This document shows positions 62,054 through 64,000 of a stretch of 64,000 nucleotides of DNA, one piece after another. A program made the translations under genes and the position numbers. Below the pieces are notes generated by a model. The model saw nothing but the letters and a program-made list of their open reading frames with translations. It was not told the origin of the DNA and made no database searches. Origin of the DNA: an uncultured Actinomycetota bacterium (lineage in GTDB: Bacteria; Actinomycetota; Actinomycetes; Mycobacteriales; Mycobacteriaceae); NCBI GenBank assembly GCA_963720085.1, contig CAVRER010000080.1, positions 94,428 to 158,427 of the forward strand, in the 5' to 3' direction. Every line of letters begins with the position of its first letter. The first letter of the stretch is position 1.

Positions 62054-62713
62054 CTAGCCACCGGGTAGCCCCATCGGCCCATGCCCAAGGATTTGCCCGA
62101 TGCTCGTGAGAAGCGTCCTGAGAATGTCCATTGCAGCCTCCGGCGGCAACGCCGCCGGGAGAACATAGCCCAGAATCAGCCCGGCGGCCATGAGGAGCCA
62201 GTCCTTCCGACCGACGCGCCTGGCGGCGGAGGCGAGATAGTCGAGCCTCTCTTGCAGGAGTCGCGACTGCGACTCCGAGAGCGAGTACGTGCGGCTGACG
62301 TAGTCCCTCAGTTCTCTCAACTGTCGCGCAATTTCTTCTTGCTCGGCGAGGGTGAACGGCGCGTTCCCGATGGCCTCATCGGAAACGGCTCCGAACAACT
62401 CCGTGTCGCGCTGAAGCTGGGCCCACAGATCTGGCGTGTCGACGTCTAACTTGATGGCCGTTAGCCAAAATTCAACCTGCGCCATCAGCCGAGTAAGGCT
62501 CAGCCCGGTGCGCTCCTCGACCGGACCCTCGCCGGCCAGATAGCGCGACACGTAGTTTCCAGCGACACCTCCGAAGTCGAAATACGCCCCCGATGGGCTG
62601 TGCCGAAGGCGGCTCTCGTCGGTGCCGAGGTCCCAATCGAACTCTTGCGGGGAGAGTCCGGCATCTTCAACGGCCTGAAAGATTTTGTTCCGCTGCCACT
62701 TCTTTAGTCCCAC
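62054..62713 (-). CDS. Hypothetical protein, 219 aa, intact, C-terminal hydrophobic helix
   Basis: MGLKKWQRNKIFQAVEDAGLSPQEFDWDLGTDESRLRHSPSGAYFDFGG...coiled-coil-like LAEQEEIARQLRELRDYVSRTYSLSESQSRLLQERLDYLASAARRVGRKDWLLMAAGLILGYVLPAAL.... No family recognised. Confidence 0.5.
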   Translation of the reverse strand: MGLKKWQRNKIFQAVEDAGLSPQEFDWDLGTDESRLRHSPSGAYFDFGGVAGNYVSRYLAGEGPVEERTGLSLTRLMAQVEFWLTAIKLDVDTPDLWAQLQRDTELFGAVSDEAIGNAPFTLAEQEEIARQLRELRDYVSRTYSLSESQSRLLQERLDYLASAARRVGRKDWLLMAAGLILGYVLPAALPPEAAMDILRTLLTSIGQILGHGPMGLPGG

Positions 62714-62968
62714 GTGACCAGCCTATCCGGGTACCAGACCTAGCCCATCCATGAGCGGCGGTGTCGGCGGCGGTGTCTTGGTGGAATGGTTACAGGCGGG
62801 CTGACGGTCACCGTTTATTCACCGCCAATCACCGGGAACGGACCGGAATTGCCCGGTTGCCATCGGGGTTCGCGCTAGTCAATCCGGTTGTTGCACAATG
62901 AGAAACAGGCAATAACAGGCACTGTCAGGATCTAAGGATTGCTAATCCGTTGGTCGCGGGTCGCACGC

Positions 62969-63250
62969 TCAAGCAAGCTGAACGGCGTCGAGGTCAGCCC
63001 CGTCCGCGCTTCCAGTTCCGTCGTCCGATCCGCCATTCCCACCCCTTGACTCCGTCGAGTCGGGTGAGACGTCAGGATCGAGTGCTCCATTTGACAGGTC
63101 GTACCGCTGCTGCGTCACCCATCCGCCCAGCCGATAACCCTCAGCGGTGGTGTAGTTGGCTTCGACCTCCGCGTCACCCGCCACGCCTGAACGCTGCCGG
63201 CGAGACGGCAGGAAGACCAAACCGCCAATTCCATTGCGGCTGCTCAGCAA
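62969..63250 (-). pseudogene. Possible fragment carrying one helicase-associated (HA) domain-like repeat
   Basis: ...EANYTTAEGYRLGGWVTQQRYDLSNGALDPD... resembles the G..LG.W...QR motif of HA domains. There is no helicase core nearby. Weak call. Confidence 0.3.
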
Positions 63251-63272
63251 ACTTCAGTCGGCCGGCAAACAC

Positions 63273-63698
63273 TCACATTGACTTACGCTTCAACGAGCGG
63301 TTCGCGACCCTGACCTGCCAGGCCACCAACGCTGGCATCCCGATCAGCTCCAGACCGATCGCAGCGACGAACAGCGGATGTGGGCGACCGGAGGCTCGCC
63401 AAGACAACAGCCGCGCCAGGCCGCCGAGGAACACCACACCGCACACTGTGCGAAAGCGGCCGCCCCGCTTCTCGATGTTGGGCACCGCGGACCAGAGGAT
63501 GGGCGCGGTGGCGAACCAGAATGTGCTGGCGAAGCGGTACTCGCTGTCGGCGCTGGATTCGAATCGACTGTTGTCGCCGGGCAGCGTCGCCGGGCCTGCG
63601 ATCATCCCCGCCAGACCGGAGACGAACGGGATGGCTGCCAACGTTGCCGCGAGGATCTGCAGCTGCCTGCGACCGCCGTCACCGCCCTGCGAATCCAT
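63273..63698 (-). CDS. Small 4-TM membrane protein (DUF4345-like)
   Basis: 141 aa: ...[23 protein letters not shown]...[20 protein letters not shown]...[16 protein letters not shown]...[19 protein letters not shown]. Confidence 0.6.
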   Translation of the reverse strand: MDSQGGDGGRRQLQILAATLAAIPFVSGLAGMIAGPATLPGDNSRFESSADSEYRFASTFWFATAPILWSAVPNIEKRGGRFRTVCGVVFLGGLARLLSWRASGRPHPLFVAAIGLELIGMPALVAWQVRVANRSLKRKSM

Positions 63699-64000
63699 GC
63701 CGTCGCCCCTTTCGATCGCTGCACGCTCATCCTCGCACCGGAAAGCGTTTGGGTCAGGCCCTTAGACGGGCTCGAATGACGTCGTGACGTGTCAGCAAAC
63801 GGTGCAGACAGTCCGACAGCTCATGAGTCCGTCGGCGACGTTGTCACAATGCTTGCACAACTAGGTGCGAATAAGGGGAGTAGACGGGGGACGACGTGAG
63901 ACGGTTTCGCCTGGTCAGATTGTATCGAGAGTCATTGCAAGACAGCGAAATTCAGCCTGTGTCCGACTGGGGGTCAAGTGGTCGCCGGTTCATTTGCGAT

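Noticed and set aside
63961-64000. ggtcgccggttca... resembling the variable loop and T-arm of tRNA-Val(CAC) (ggtcgctggttcga), a possible attR
   Set aside because: The similarity ends after ~13 nt. The following bases (tttgcgat) cannot form a T-stem or acceptor, and the window ends here. It is insufficient evidence.

Overview
This is a high-GC (~65%) chromosomal segment from a slow-growing Mycobacterium. The species cannot be named from sequence alone. Positions 1-41.5 kb are colinear, in inverted orientation, with M. tuberculosis H37Rv Rv2713 (sthA) to Rv2667 (clpC2). The genes in order are sthA, ideR, sigB, sigA, ppgK, suhB, dut, ceoC/ceoB, an APC permease, a triplicated CBS + ArsB/NhaD-permease cassette, dxs, rnd, echA15, hemE-hemY-chdC, msrB, aftC, an Rv2672-like hydrolase, a RibD-C-like reductase, zapE, a GNAT gene and clpC2. 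I found no disrupted gene in the first 18.5 kb. From 18.5 to 48 kb at least 15 single-base frameshifts break otherwise well conserved genes, including hemY/cgoX and aftC, and many lie in G/C runs. This is either reductive evolution or assembly error, and I cannot tell which without reads. Positions 41.5-48.3 kb are lineage-specific. They hold an ~800 bp tandem duplication (DUF732 paralogues and a chimeric ORF), a Zn-ribbon repeat flanking a Ddn-like F420 nitroreductase, a broken LipJ-like hydrolase-cyclase, and a broken YVTN beta-propeller lipoprotein built from near-identical 123-nt repeats. A tRNA cluster follows: Val-GAC, Cys-GCA and Gly-GCC on the minus strand and Val-CAC on the plus strand. 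Directly 3' of tRNA-Val(CAC) lies a heavily decayed pSAM2-type actinomycete integrative and conjugative element (AICE: int, xis, repSA, traSA, pra, korSA), with 20 or more frameshifts. Beyond it is defence-type cargo: a decayed XhoI/PaeR7I-like restriction-modification (RM) pair, a decayed HEPN-like gene, an intact 534-aa FRG-domain gene in a ~45-50% GC islet, a tmRNA-like 3'-end fragment and an intact orphan ORF. The intact FRG-domain gene, with its uncharacterised C-terminal ~400 aa, is my best candidate for an undescribed conflict or defence function. No right-hand att repeat of the island was found inside the window.
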